This document shows positions 31,701-43,906 of a DNA stretch of 64,000 nucleotides, in pieces (within the stretch, counting starts at the first letter, position 1; every line of letters starts with the position of its first letter). The notes beneath the pieces are model-generated. The model did no database searches. It was not told where the DNA came from and saw only the letters and a list, made by a program, of their open reading frames with translations. This stretch comes from Podarcis muralis. Its lineage: Eukaryota. The position numbers and the translations under genes were made by a program. The DNA lies in contig NC_135659.1 in NCBI RefSeq assembly GCF_964188315.1, positions 101,060,001-101,124,000 on the forward strand. The letters are read 5' to 3'.

Positions 31701-34700
31701 GTGCCCCAGCTTGGATGGTTGGAGGAGGTAATATTCTCCTTTATCTAAATGCAGGCGAGGACAACAAAGGGTGGCCCACCCCTTCCTGGCTTGCAATCCT
31801 GACCCAGGGAACTCTCCTAGTCTAATCCACATCAACAGACCCAGAGTCCCACAGGCAGAACTTATATACTGACTGCATCTGTAGTCCACCTTTCTCCTCC
31901 AAGGAGCTCCAGGTGGCCTACGTTGTTCTGCTCTTCACCCCACAACAACCCTGTGAGGTAGGTCAGGCTGAGAGGCAGCGACGGGTCACACCCAGGGAGC
32001 TTTACAGCGGAGTGGAGGGAGGATTTGAACCCTGGTCTCCCAGGTCCTCATCCGACACTCCAACCACTATACCACACCACATTTGTTTTGACAATAAGGG
32101 TCGTTTGACGGTGGAGCGGACTCTCCTTCGCTGGAGGCTTTTGTGCAGAGGTCAGGTGTTCACCTGCCAGGGATGCCTTGGCTGCGATTCCTGCGCTGCA
32201 GGGGGTTGGACTAGAGGGCCTTTGGGGGTCCCTTCCAGTTCTGTAGTTCTGTGACTCAATGCCAGTCCAGCTGCCATAAGGAGCTTTGAATGGGAGTCTT
32301 GGCGGAGCATAAGTATCTCTGTGTGTGACCTGAACATTGCCCCAGCTGTTCAGGCCCTTCTCCAGGCAGGGGGGGCTTCTGCTGCCCCCCATCTCAGCCT
32401 CACCTGTCAAAGATGCGGAAGCACTCGGCCAGCTCCTCCTCACTTTTTCCCTTGGCATCCTCTTTCATCTGGCGCACCATCATGACCAAGAACTCCTCAA
32501 AGTCGATGGTTCCGCTGCCTGCAGGGAGGGTCCCCGGGAGAAGGGTCAGGGCTGCCCCCTCCGGCCCCCCCTCAGCCTCCCTTCACCCCCCCCTCCTCAG
32601 ATGCAGCCCCTCCTCACCATCCTCATCCACCTCCTCTATGATGGCGTCCAGCTCCTCTTTGGTGGGCGTCTGCCCCAGCATCCTCATGACGGTGCCCAAC
32701 TCCTTGGTGCTGATGTCGCCGCCACCGTCCGCGTCAAACATGTCAAAGGCGGCTTTGAACTCTGCAGGGGGGAGAGAGAGCGGGGGGGGGGGTTAGGGGG
32801 TGAGCCTGGCAGGAACCAGAGCATGGTTTGGGCCAACATCCAAGTCAGCTCGGAGGTTTCCCAGATCATGCAAGCTCCGAGTGGCAGGGGTTGGGCTGGA
32901 TGACCACTAGGGGTCCCTTCTGGCTACAGTTCTAACTGTTTTCATTCTGTCTAAAGGGCCAAAGGAGGGAATGGGCTTTCCAATGGGCTAAAAAGGATCG
33001 TAGAAAAACCATCTGCCCGCAACGCAGACCCCTCTGCTTTTTAGCCGAAAGGTGTCATTCTATGGAAAACCTCATGGAGCTTCTGCAGGTGGGATCAGCT
33101 CCTTTGGTGGGGGAGGACCCCAAAACAACAACCCCCCCCCCATGCATGCATGCACACAATCCCTGCTCTGCTCAGGCAGAGAATGGAACAGAGAAGAGCA
33201 ACCCCTCCCCAAGTGATAATGCTTCAAACCTCACACAACCCACATGCAGAGGTAGCAGGGAGTCCTTGGCCAGAGGAGGTCTAGGGTGGGGCAAACTGCT
33301 AAGCACAAGGTCAGAACTGCAGGGGGCAGCAAGCCCACACTTAGGGGTAGCAACAACTGCCTCTCAGCCCTGGACCACCCTGATTCCAATTATTCCCCTT
33401 CTGTGTGTGCAGCTGGAGATTCAGGAGCCACCCAAATGAGAGGAAGACGGTTGCTTGGTCGCAATTTAGGGGTCCATTTTGGAGGGGCTTGGCAATATTT
33501 TGGGTGCTAGAAGAGGGGGTGCCTCCCCCTCTCCCCCACCCATCATAGGATCTGTTAATCCTCTGAGCCTCCAAAGCCACTTGTGGAATGGCTGGGCATG
33601 GTTATTAATTCTTACTAGTCTTACATATATATCCAACCTTCCCCCCCTCCAAATAGCTCAAGAGGGTATAAATGGCTTCGCCTCCCACTTTTATCCCTGT
33701 GAGGTAGGTCAAGCCGAGAGGCAGTGACCCAAGGCCACACCCAGAGAGCTTCATGGCTGCGTAGGGAGTTGTACCAGGTCTCTTCCAGGTCCTCGTCCAA
33801 CGCACTAACCACTATACCACACTGTCTCTCAGGGTGCCAGCAAATAAAGTACTAGTTTATGACGTTTTGTGGTTACCCCGCCTTCCTCCCTAGTTGGCCC
33901 ACTTCCAACACAGCCACTTTGCCCCTCGGCCGAGTCAGGGTGCCCGCTGTGCCCGCGCCGCCCAGGATGCCCCTCAACTCACCCGCGATCATTTCCTCAG
34001 TGAGGAAGGACCGGGCTTCCGCCTGCTGGTCCGTCTGCAAGGCAAGGGGAGGAAGTCACCAAGGGAGCAGAGTCCGGCCCAGCCGGGGCCATGCCCAGGG
34101 ATGCCCTCCCCACTCCTGGCTACCTGCAGTCCACTCTGCCATTGCCGCTGCTGCTGCCAACTCCTCCTCAGTTGTTTGCTTCTCTCCCGATACTTTCTTT
34201 CCCCAGCCCACAAATAAGCCCCTTCTCTGGGCATCACCAGAAAGGTGACTGCCAGCCACTGGTGCACCAACCCAACCTTGGGCTTGGCTTGCTCCGCCTG
34301 GCATTCTGCAGGTGGTGCAGCAGAAGGGGGTTCATGGCACCCAACCCTCTGCGGCCGGGCTTGCTAGTGCCAGGCGCTCGCGGCAGGGGGCAGGAGGAGT
34401 GCTGGGATTCCCGTTGTGGCTCCTGCATTGCAGCGGGGTTGGAGTAGATGACCCCGGGGGGTCCCTTCCGATTCCGTAAGAGCATCCCTTGCTCTCGAGA
34501 GGCTGGGTGGCACATCTCCACAAAGGCAGTTGCTTCTTGAGCTGCCCCATGGAAGGCCGTTTGCAGTGCCAAGGTCCCAGTGCCCCCTGGCAGAGGCAGC
34601 CAGCTTTGGCCCCAAGTTGCGCTGCAGCCTCAGGCTCCTTTGGACTTTGCCAGGATTCCTGGGTCCTGAGAGAGGGACCTCCCGGTGGCTGGCCAGAGGA

Positions 34701-35463
34701 GAGGATGGTGCTCCTTGACCGCCGGATGCTATTCTTAGCAGCGCCCACCGGCTGCCTCCTTCTAGGGTGCTCAGCAGGCCGCCAGCCAGCTGCTCCAGCA
34801 CCTGTCGGCTGGCGGATTGGGTTACTCCTTCGAGCCGGGTCTTGCAGCTCAGCGGCCGGCGGGCAGGCAGGGTTCCCGGCCGGTTCTCATGACCGGCGGC
34901 TTGGCTTTCTCCACGGCCATCCGGCTCCATCCTTCGTGTCCTTGGCCAGGCTTGGCGAGGGGTGCAGTGCCCCCCAGGGCAGCCCACCACCCGCCCAGAT
35001 CCAAGCAGATTCCGTATTTGCCCCCATCTCTCTTCCAGCAAAAACCGCCCCCCCCCAACACCCCCAGCCACGGTTGACCTCTCCGCCCTCCCTCTCCACG
35101 GGGGCAGTAATAAAGAAGACCCCATCTCTGCCCCCAGCCTTTTGCCTTGCCCCCGCCCTGCCCCCCCCCCCAGTCTCCCCTGCAGCCTCAGCCAAAGGGC
35201 CACTCCTGCCCTTCGGCCCCACACAGGGCAGCTCCGCCGGGAGCCGTGCTTGTGTCCTGGCCACGTCTCCCGCCACGGTCTGTGCTGGTCCTGGGCCCCG
35301 GCGCCGGCCTGTCCCATCGGACGCGCGAACAACCAGTCCATCTCACCACCTGTGCACGATCCGCGGCCCGGTCCGGCATCCCGGGAGGAGATGTGTCTCC
35401 CACCGTCCTGGGCGCCGCCGTCAAAAATGGGCACACGTGCCCATGTCTTACCATGCTTACCAT
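28747..35463 (-). CDS. TNNC2: Troponin C, fast skeletal muscle, 6 exons (163 aa MVSMTDQQ form or 160 aa MTDQQ form)
   Basis: Minus-strand exons 35463-35452 (or 35463-35461), 34034-33983, 32761-32618, 32518-32404, 29965-29829, 28778-28747. [40 protein letters not shown]...[12 protein letters not shown]...[12 protein letters not shown]...[21 protein letters not shown]; four intact EF-hand loops. Confidence 0.97.
29427..29668 (+). mobile_element. 5'-truncated Sauria SINE
   Basis: 14-bp TSD TATATAAAATTCAT at 29413-29426 and 29669-29682. Confidence 0.9.
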
Positions 35464-35579
35464 GTTGGCAGGAAAGACCCCACAGCAACCCACAGAGAGA
35501 AAGAGACCCGGCGCGTCCGCTCCACTCCACTCCCTGGCGGACGACGGAAGAAAGCTTGTCCGCGGCTCCTGGCAGGGCC

Positions 35580-35915
35580 ATTTGTACTCTGCCCGCTGGG
35601 CGGGGCCCTTCCCAGGCCCTCGGCATTGGACGCTGCCGGGAGGCGGGTCTCTGGAGAGCCAATCGCCTCCCTCCCTGCCTGCTCATTGGCCAGCAGGGCA
35701 TTTTAGCCAAATTTAGCCAAGCCACTCCTGGCTGCGTCCGTCCTCAGCAGCAGGGAAGGCAAGAGGAGGAGGCGGGGAGGGTCTGGGTGCCCTGGGGAGA
35801 GAAACCCAACACCTCCCCGAGAGAAGGATAAGGAGCTGGAGGCAGGCTGCCCACAGACTGTACATGCCCGTCCGCTGAGCACACCTGCCCCAGGCCAGCA
35901 GGGGGTTAAAAATAG
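35580..35915 (-). promoter_or_regulatory. TNNC2 promoter / proximal muscle enhancer
   Basis: TATA-like TACAAAT (minus strand, 35580-35586), E-box CACCTG 35882-35887, perfect MEF2 site TTAAAAATAG 35906-35915. Confidence 0.65.
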
Positions 35916-37408
35916 CAGGGACAAAGCCGTGGGTGTCCTCCTCCTTCTCCAGACACAAGCATCCCATATATTGAGGATGGAGGGAGGGCTGGGAAGTCTT
36001 GAAACACAGCCTGCTCTCTTGAGTATCCTTCTGGCCCATCCGAGTGGAGGAATGGCCTGTTCTGGGAGTGGGGCTCCCCTCCCACCCCTCCCAGGTCAGC
36101 CTAGGCTGAGGGCTGGGGGCACCCTTCTTCTTCTGCTAAGCTGCTGGGCACCCAAGCAGGGGAGGCCCCCCTACTGTTTATAAAGGGATCCAGTTTCCGC
36201 CACGGCTCTGAGGGAAGTCGTGTGTGAAATAGGACAAGGCGAAGGCCGGAGAGCAAGGAATCTGCTGGACCCTTTCTCTCTCCTTCCCAAACTTCCCAGC
36301 CTCAGTCCATGGAAAGCCACTGACCACAAGACACATCAGAAGAGCCAGAGGCCCACCTAGTCCAGCATCCTGTTAAGGGTGGCTATTATGGGATCCAAGC
36401 CCAAGAGCCCTCTCCCCTCCTGTGGCTTCCAGCAATAGGGATCCTCTTTTAAAGCCATCCAGCTTGGTGGTCCCCACTGCCTCCTGCAGGAGGGAGTTCC
36501 ACAGTTTAATTTCCGTGCTGCATGAAGAAGCCCTTCCTTTCATCTGCCCAACATTCAGCTTCATGGGAGAGAAGGAGAAAAGCTTTCCTCCGCCCCATTT
36601 CTCCAGGCTGTGCATCATGTTATACACTTCTCTGACGTCGCCAGAGACCCATGTTGTGGAACGGTCCTCTCCTGACGGAAGGGAGCAGCTGGCTGCCTCG
36701 TCCGCTTCCCCTATTAATAGACATTCCTAAGGAAAGCTGCTGAGGAGGCCAGCAGAGCAGCTTCCTAAATAAGGCAGAGAAGTAGCGGGGGGGGGGGTCT
36801 AGTCTCTCCCCCCCCACCAAATACACCTTGAACCCTCACCGGATTGCCAGATTGAAGGCACAACAAAGGAACCTGGCAGAGCTGCAGGGTTCTGGCCCCA
36901 GAGGGGATTTGCTTGTTGGCTTCTTGGAAAGGCGTTTAAAAAGTTTTCAGGACTGTCAGGCCTTGTGTTCTGGAAAAGCCACCTCCCCCCCCCCCCAGCT
37001 CCTGCCATGTGCCCCAGAACAGCCCCTCACATTGCAGGGGGCTCAAGTGTCAAAGCACTGGCAACTTCCCCATGTGGCTCCTCCAGAAAGTTTGCTTAAG
37101 AAAATTCACAGGAGGAAAGTTTGCCATCCTCTCCTCCGCCTCGAAGGCACCTGGGACGACCGAAAGCCTCTCCGGAAGGGCATAGAATAGTAGAGTCGGA
37201 AGGGGCCCCAAGGATCATCCAGCCTGACCCTCTGCAATGCAGGGGTCACTGCTAAAGAATGCCTGGTGGATGGCCATCCCACCTCTGCTTAAAAGCCTCA
37301 AGTGAAGGCTTGGTTCCTGAATCTCAGGGGGTTGGGCTAGATGACCCTTGGGTCCCTTCCAGCTCTACAATTCTATGATTCTAGGCAGGAGGGCCCACCA
37401 CCACCTTC

Positions 37409-38621
37409 TGAGAAATCTGAGGGCTCCCTTGGACAAAAAACAAGGACACCAGCCAGGAATACCACAGCAAAACAGCAGCCAGTAGCCTTGGTCTTGATTG
37501 AAGACTGTCGTGACAGGACTCCCACCTGCCACAAGGTGGAAGGAGATGGAGGCCCAGAACAAAAGAGACCTCAAACTTTTATTAGCTGCTCATCCCCATG
37601 TTACACCCCCCCCCCCCCAGACTACATCACTCATACATCATGGTTACATCATGAAAGGGGAGGTCTGGTGGCAGGAATCTGAGCATCCTGGACCCTGCCC
37701 CATGGTCCCCCTTGCCCTCCACCAAACACCCATCAAGTGAAACAATAGAGACATTTACATTTCCTTGCCGACAAAGGTCCGTTTAGTTAAAGCTCTGGTT
37801 TTCCCAGTAGTGATGTATGGAAGTGAGAGCTGGACCATAAAGAAGGCTGATCGCCGAAGAATTGATGCTTTTGGATTATGGTGTTGGAGGAGACTCTTGA
37901 GAGTCCCATGGACTGCAAGAAGATCAGACCTCTGCATTCTGAAGGAAATCAGCCCTGAGTGCTCACTGGAAGGACAGATCCTGAAGCTGAGGCTCCAAGA
38001 CTTTGGCCTCCTCATGAGAAGAGAAGACTCCCTGGAAAAGACCCTGATGTTGGGAAAGATGGAGGGCACAAGGAGAAGGGGACGACAGAGGACAAGATGG
38101 TTGGACAGTGTTCTTGAAGCTACCAGCATGAGTCTGACCAAACTGCGGGAGGCAGTGGAAGACAGGAGTGCCTGGCGTGCTCTGGTCCAGGGGGTCACAA
38201 AGAGTTGGACACAACTAAACAACAACATTTCCCAGCCAAGTTAATCACACCCTTTTGTCTCCATCTGGGTCTGTTCTTTCTGGCATGGCTCCCTGTCTGG
38301 CCCTCGGGTCTCAGGAGGCCAGGGATGATCCCTCAGGCAGAGGGGCTGCTGAGTAGCTGAGCTCACAGGTCTATAGGAATTTCTGAAGTTTTCCCAGTGA
38401 GCCAGTACAGAGATACATTTATCAGTGAATTCTTACATTTGGTATTGTGCAGCAGAGCCCTTTGAATAGATAGGAAGAAACTGTGATGAAGTGTTTTGTG
38501 GGGACAAATAACAAAAGTCACAAAAGTCACAAAAGTGCTGGTTTTGGTAGTGGGCTGCATGTGCATGATATCTGCTGGAGGAGCAAACCTCCCCCCAACC
38601 TATACATAAATTCCTGCAACA
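37409..38621 (-). mobile_element. Solo LTR, family 2-related, interrupted by BovB
   Basis: Starts TGTTGCAGGAA on the minus strand; 37416-37600 is homologous to 7500-7690. Left end uncertain, no TSD seen. Confidence 0.7.
37765..38224 (+). mobile_element. BovB LINE 3' fragment
   Basis: ORF 37765-38244 is the BovB C-terminus; TSD ACATTTCC. Confidence 0.92.
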
Positions 38622-41600
38622 TGAGGGAGTCTGTTCCACTATCAAATAACTCTTGGGTCCTCCCGGACACAGTGGCTTTGGGGGCTGGGAGAAGGCGAAC
38701 TCTTCTTCCTTAGCTTAACCGATATTAGGATGCAGGCCAAGCATATTTCTGAGTGCAGCATGCCTACAGGAGAGGAAGAGAGGTCAATCCATAGTGTGGG
38801 GCTGTTGGGACGGATTCTGCCAGGGACCCACCCATCCTGCTGCCTGACAGTCTTCCTTCCTTGGCCAAGGCATCAAGGCCGAGCCACACTGACTGGCGGT
38901 CACTCTGGAGATGGCTGGGCTCCTAGAGCCACAGGGTTGAAAGGGACCCCCAAGAGTAATCTAGTCTGAACCCAAGAACTTTTGCAGGGAAAGGCAGTAC
39001 TCCACGGCTGAGTTCCAGCCCCTCCCAAGAGGCTGAGGCCCCTTTGGGCAATTGTCATTCAAGACAGACAGCTCAGCAGTTCCCAAACTTGGTTCCAGAA
39101 ACTCATCCCCAATGCCCCCTACCCTATAAAAACATGATTCAGAATAGGGGTTTGCACAACCCACCAGGCAATAACACAAGGAAATTCAAAACGCGAACAA
39201 TTAATTGTACTTTTATTCAAAATCTAGTTACATTGGACAACAATTAGAAATGGATGAAATGGAAATTTAAGAAGATGTGACATTAGGGGGAAGAGATGGA
39301 CATGTTTGCAACAGGAGTGGGAAACCTGATATTAAGAAACTATTAAATTAAAGTAATTCAGATGGATTTGTAATAATTCGGAAAACTAATAAAAAGAATA
39401 TAAAAAACAAAATTCAGTTTAAATGATTTAGTTTAATTAATGCAGCAAAATGGATCAGTTTGGTCCAGTGAGATCAGCTATTCAAGGTCTGAATAACCTC
39501 CTGCGCCCCTTGACCTTCAGCTCCCCTCTAGGACATCTCAGTGAGCCAGAGGGAACCAGCTGGGGGAAGGCAGGTGTAGAAACATCTGTATGGTCCAATT
39601 GGGTAGGACATCCAAATGCCCCATCCTAATCCTTGCCTTGCAAACAGTTTGCAGGGCTGACCAGCTCAACCTTGGGCTGGTGGGTTCCCAGATGGCAACC
39701 TGACCTCCCAGGCCCCGTCCCCATTCACACAACCACATCCCAACCTGGGTTAGAAGTCTTTCCTCTTTGGCGCCAAGATGGCAATGGAGTGAGCAGCGGC
39801 TGCAGGGGGCCTTCCTGGGCAAGGACTGGTCCAGGTTGCTGACCTTCCACACACCAGTGAGATGTCCGCCCTGCTGATAGCAAAAATGTATAAAACCGGG
39901 TCAAACATATGTTGGAAATGTAAAGAAAAAGAAGGGACTTTTCATCACATGTGGTGGGAAGGTAGAGAAGTTAAAAAAATTGGGAAATGATATACAATGA
40001 ATTGAAAAAAATGTTTAAAATGACATTTGTTAAAAAAGCAGAAGTATTTTTGTTAGGGATTGTAGGACAAGACCTGCCAAGAAAAACAAAGAATTTATTT
40101 ATCTATGCAACAACAGCAACAAGAGTCTTGATAGCACAAGGATGGAAGAATGGGGAAATCCCAGCGAAAGAAGAGTGGCAAGAAAAACTGATGAGCTCTG
40201 CAGAGTTGGCTAAATTGACATATAAATTGCAGGACAAGGACAACTGTGACTTTAAGGAAGAATGGGAACTTTTTACAAATTATCCAAAAAACCCCACACA
40301 AAACGAACTGGACTCCTTGGCAGGTTTTGAATAAACATTCACAAATTTATTGGTTGATTACATGATAGATAAGGTAAGGATATGTATAACTTTATAACAT
40401 GCAGAGAATAATGTGTGCAGAGAAATCAGAGAGAGGAGCTGAGGTGGGGGAGAGGAGGGAGAGAGGGATTGAAGGGGGTGGGGGAAAGGGGGGGGAAATA
40501 ACATGTGATAATATGGTTTGAATTTGTTATGTTGAAATTGTTTAATAAAAATATATTTTTAAAAAGAGATGTCTGCCCTGCAATGGTCTCCCTTTTGCAC
40601 CCATGGAACTGAGCCTGCAGCCGTCACCACTTGGCAGCTAGTGGGTTCGAAGAAGCATCCTGGCCACAGGGATGAGTTTTCTGTGGATTCCCGGTGCCTC
40701 TGCAACATCTGCTTATGAATCCACAAGCAGAGCATCGGTGAAGGCACTCCCAGAAGCAGGCGCCACGCTTGCAAATCCCCAGCATCGGATTCCCCAAGGA
40801 GTGGGGGCCAGATGGAACCTCCATGTCCAGCAGCAGTCTATCTCTACATGCCAGTTGCTGCTGCAGAGAAACAGGAGAAAGGCCTCCTTTGGGGGCTTCC
40901 TGGAGGCATCTGGGTGGTCCCCATTTGAAAGAAGAGGCTGGAATTGGCAAACTTAACTCTGAAAATTACAGAAGAGGTAGGCTTGCAGGAGGAGTGGAAA
41001 CCTTTTGTTGAATAATTAGATAATTTTTTTTTAAAAAGGGGGGAGGCTGTGCTGGGCCCTGCAGGGCTCTTCTGGGGGTTGTAACTGCATTCCAAGGATA
41101 CTCTCTCTCACTCAGTTTGCATGTCTCAAAGTGACTTACAACACAGGCTCAGCACTAAAACCAGTCGCCACGAACAGGAAATAAAACGCTTAAAAACACA
41201 CCCATGCAAACAGAAGAAACAGAGGCCAGATATAAAAGAACACCAGTGGAAGCTGGCTAAACATGAAAGCTCGGGGGCATCCACGTCAGGGCTAACCCAG
41301 GCCTCATCCTGCAAACCCGTGCAAAGAGGTCTGTGTCCACAGTGAAACAGGATCCAAACAGTGACACCTCAGCAAAGCTACATCAGAGACAAAAGCAGGC
41401 GCAGAACCACTTCTGGCCCAAAAGGCCCAAAGTCACAGGCAGAACAGGTGTCACACTTGCTATCCAGTCTAAAACCTCGTCTTCTTACTATTAGGTTCCC
41501 AGAACCAATTCACTATTTCATTTTCCAGCATCCTGTAGTGCATAGAGCAATTTCCTGCAGAAATTCGCAGAAGTAATATGACTAAAAGCAAAAGCAAAAC

Positions 41601-43552
41601 GGAAAGGAGCTTTGTGCAGAAGGAAGGTAGCGCTCCCAGAATAGTCAGGGTGCTAAAAAAAATGGAAGCAAGAAGAATTGCCAACGAAAGAAGGATGGCA
41701 AATGAAATTAATGGGCTATGCAGAATTAGATAAATTAACAGGAAGGATCTGAAACCTGCGGGATCAGAGGTTCTTAGAGGACTGGAGTAAATATTTGAAC
41801 TATTTGAAAAGCAATTGTGATAAACAGATTACGCTAGTAGGACTGCAAGAAGTTCTGTAAGGAGGACTTTGTGAAATATTGCAAGAAAGACTTTGAAAAG
41901 AATGATTAGTTAAGGACAATTAAAAGTAATAGAGAAATTAAGAAATGCAGAACCAGTGATAAAGAACGGAAAATCTTCAGAGTTTGTTGACGGAAGTCTT
42001 CTTGGTTCCACTTTTGTGTCAATAATATTCTTGCTGCTGTTGTTGCATATAAAAACAATTTACAATCCTGTCTGTTAATATCCTCCCCTACAATGCCAGA
42101 ATAGTCAGGGTGCTCAGGACTGCAGCCCAGTACCTAGAAGCAGCTCCTTGGTTGATGACTCCCTCCAGGCAGGGACAGGGGCAGCTGCACACGAACGCTT
42201 GGTCTGAGCATCCGACAGACTCAGGCTGATACGAAGGGCCCTCTGTCAAGAACAGGGATACAGCCCCTTGCCCTAGAGAAGGTACGTATTTTTCGCTCTA
42301 TAAGACTCACTTTTTCCCTCCTAAAAAGTGAGGGGAGATGTGTGTGCCACTTATGGAGCGAATGCAGGCTGCGCAGCTATCCCAGAAGCCAGAACAGCAA
42401 GAGGGATTGCTGCTTTCACTGCGCAGCGATCCCTCATGCTGTTCTGGCTTCTGAGATTCAGAATATTTTTTTTCTTGTTTTCCTCCTCCAAAAACTAGGT
42501 GCGTCTTATGGTCTGGTGCGTCTTATAGAGTGAAAAATATGTTATTCCTTGCATTCAGAAGGACAGTCTTGCTTCAGCAATCTGGTTTTCCCACCATCAC
42601 CTTTACCTCCACAACCTACAGGGAGACCCAACTGCCAAAGCCTCAAGGCCAAGGAAGCACACACACAGCTAGGGGGAAAGTACAGTGGTGCCTCGCAAGA
42701 CGAAATTAATTCGTTCCGCAAGTTTTGTCATCTTGCGATTTTTTTCGTCTTGCGAAGCACGGTGTCGGGAAAGTTTTGGAAAAGCTTCAAAAAGTCTTTA
42801 AAAACCTCAAAAAAGGCTACCACACCGCCTTCTATGAGTTGCTCCTAAAAGTCAAGTCACAACTGTATTAACGGTGTTAAGAAAAAGGAAACAAACTTGC
42901 AAGACATTTCCGTCTTGCAAAGCAAGCCCATAGGGAAAATCGTCTTGCGAAGCAGCTCAAAAAACAAAAAACCCTTTCGTCTAGCGAGGCATTCGTCTTG
43001 CGAGGCATTCGTCTTGCAAGGTACCACTGTATTTTTATTTCCTTAAAGCATCAGTTCAGGGTTATTTGGGGTTTGAGAGAACGTTGTTAGCAATATGCAG
43101 ATGACACTCAGCTCGACTTCTCCATCCACTAGGTATTTGGCTGATTAACATGTCATGGCCTTTAAAATGTGTTTGTGGGGTCATTCGTTTGTTTTCGTTT
43201 TATTATGTATTTTGTCTTCTCATTTTTAAATATTTTTTTCTGTTGTGAACCACCCTGGGATCTTTGGATAAAGGGTAGAATGGGCATAGCCAGGCTTTTG
43301 GTTCAGGGGGCGGGGCAGGACTTTAGTTAGGGTCGGGCAGAACTAATGTGATCAGTCAGTTAGTGAAGCTTTTATATTGTTTTACTTAATTGGGGGGGGC
43401 AGCTACCCCACCTGCCCCCCTTGGCTATGCCCATGAAGGGTGGTATGCAAATCTAATAAATAATAATAATAATAGTAACCCAAGCCTCTATGGGAGTATA
43501 TTGTATTTAAAAATGGGGTATCAGAGTTGTTTTTTGTTTGTTTGTTTTTTAA

Positions 43553-43906
43553 GGGACGTGGGTAGCGCTGAGGGTTAAACCACAGAGCCTAGGGCTTGCC
43601 GATCAGAAGGTCGGCGGTTCAAATCCCCACAACGGGGTGAGCTCCCGTTGCTCGGTCCCTGCTCCTGCCCACCTAGCAGTTCAAAAGCACATCAGTGCAA
43701 GTAGATAAATAGGTACCGCTCCGGTGGGAAGGTAAACGGCGTTTCCATGCGCTGCTCTGGTTCGACAGAAGCGGCTTAGTCCTGCTGGCCACATGACCCG
43801 GAAGCTGTACGCTGGCTCCCTCGGCCGATAAAGCGAGATGAGTGCTGCAACCCCAGAGTCGGCCACGACTGGACCTAATGGTCAGGGGTCCCTTTACCTT
43901 TACCTT
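43553..43906 (+). mobile_element. Sauria SINE, full length
   Basis: Head and ACCTTT tail present; TSD begins TATCAGAGTT. Confidence 0.92.

Noticed and set aside
34364-35725. Long overlapping ORFs (453 aa minus strand, 405 aa plus strand) in TNNC2 intron 1
   Set aside because: GC-rich stop-poor sequence, open on both strands, with low-complexity P/G/R/A composition and no recognisable domain.
41121-41345. ORF containing IKEH, reminiscent of the Penelope GIY-YIG region
   Set aside because: No GIY/YIG or other flanking motifs; the resemblance is too short.
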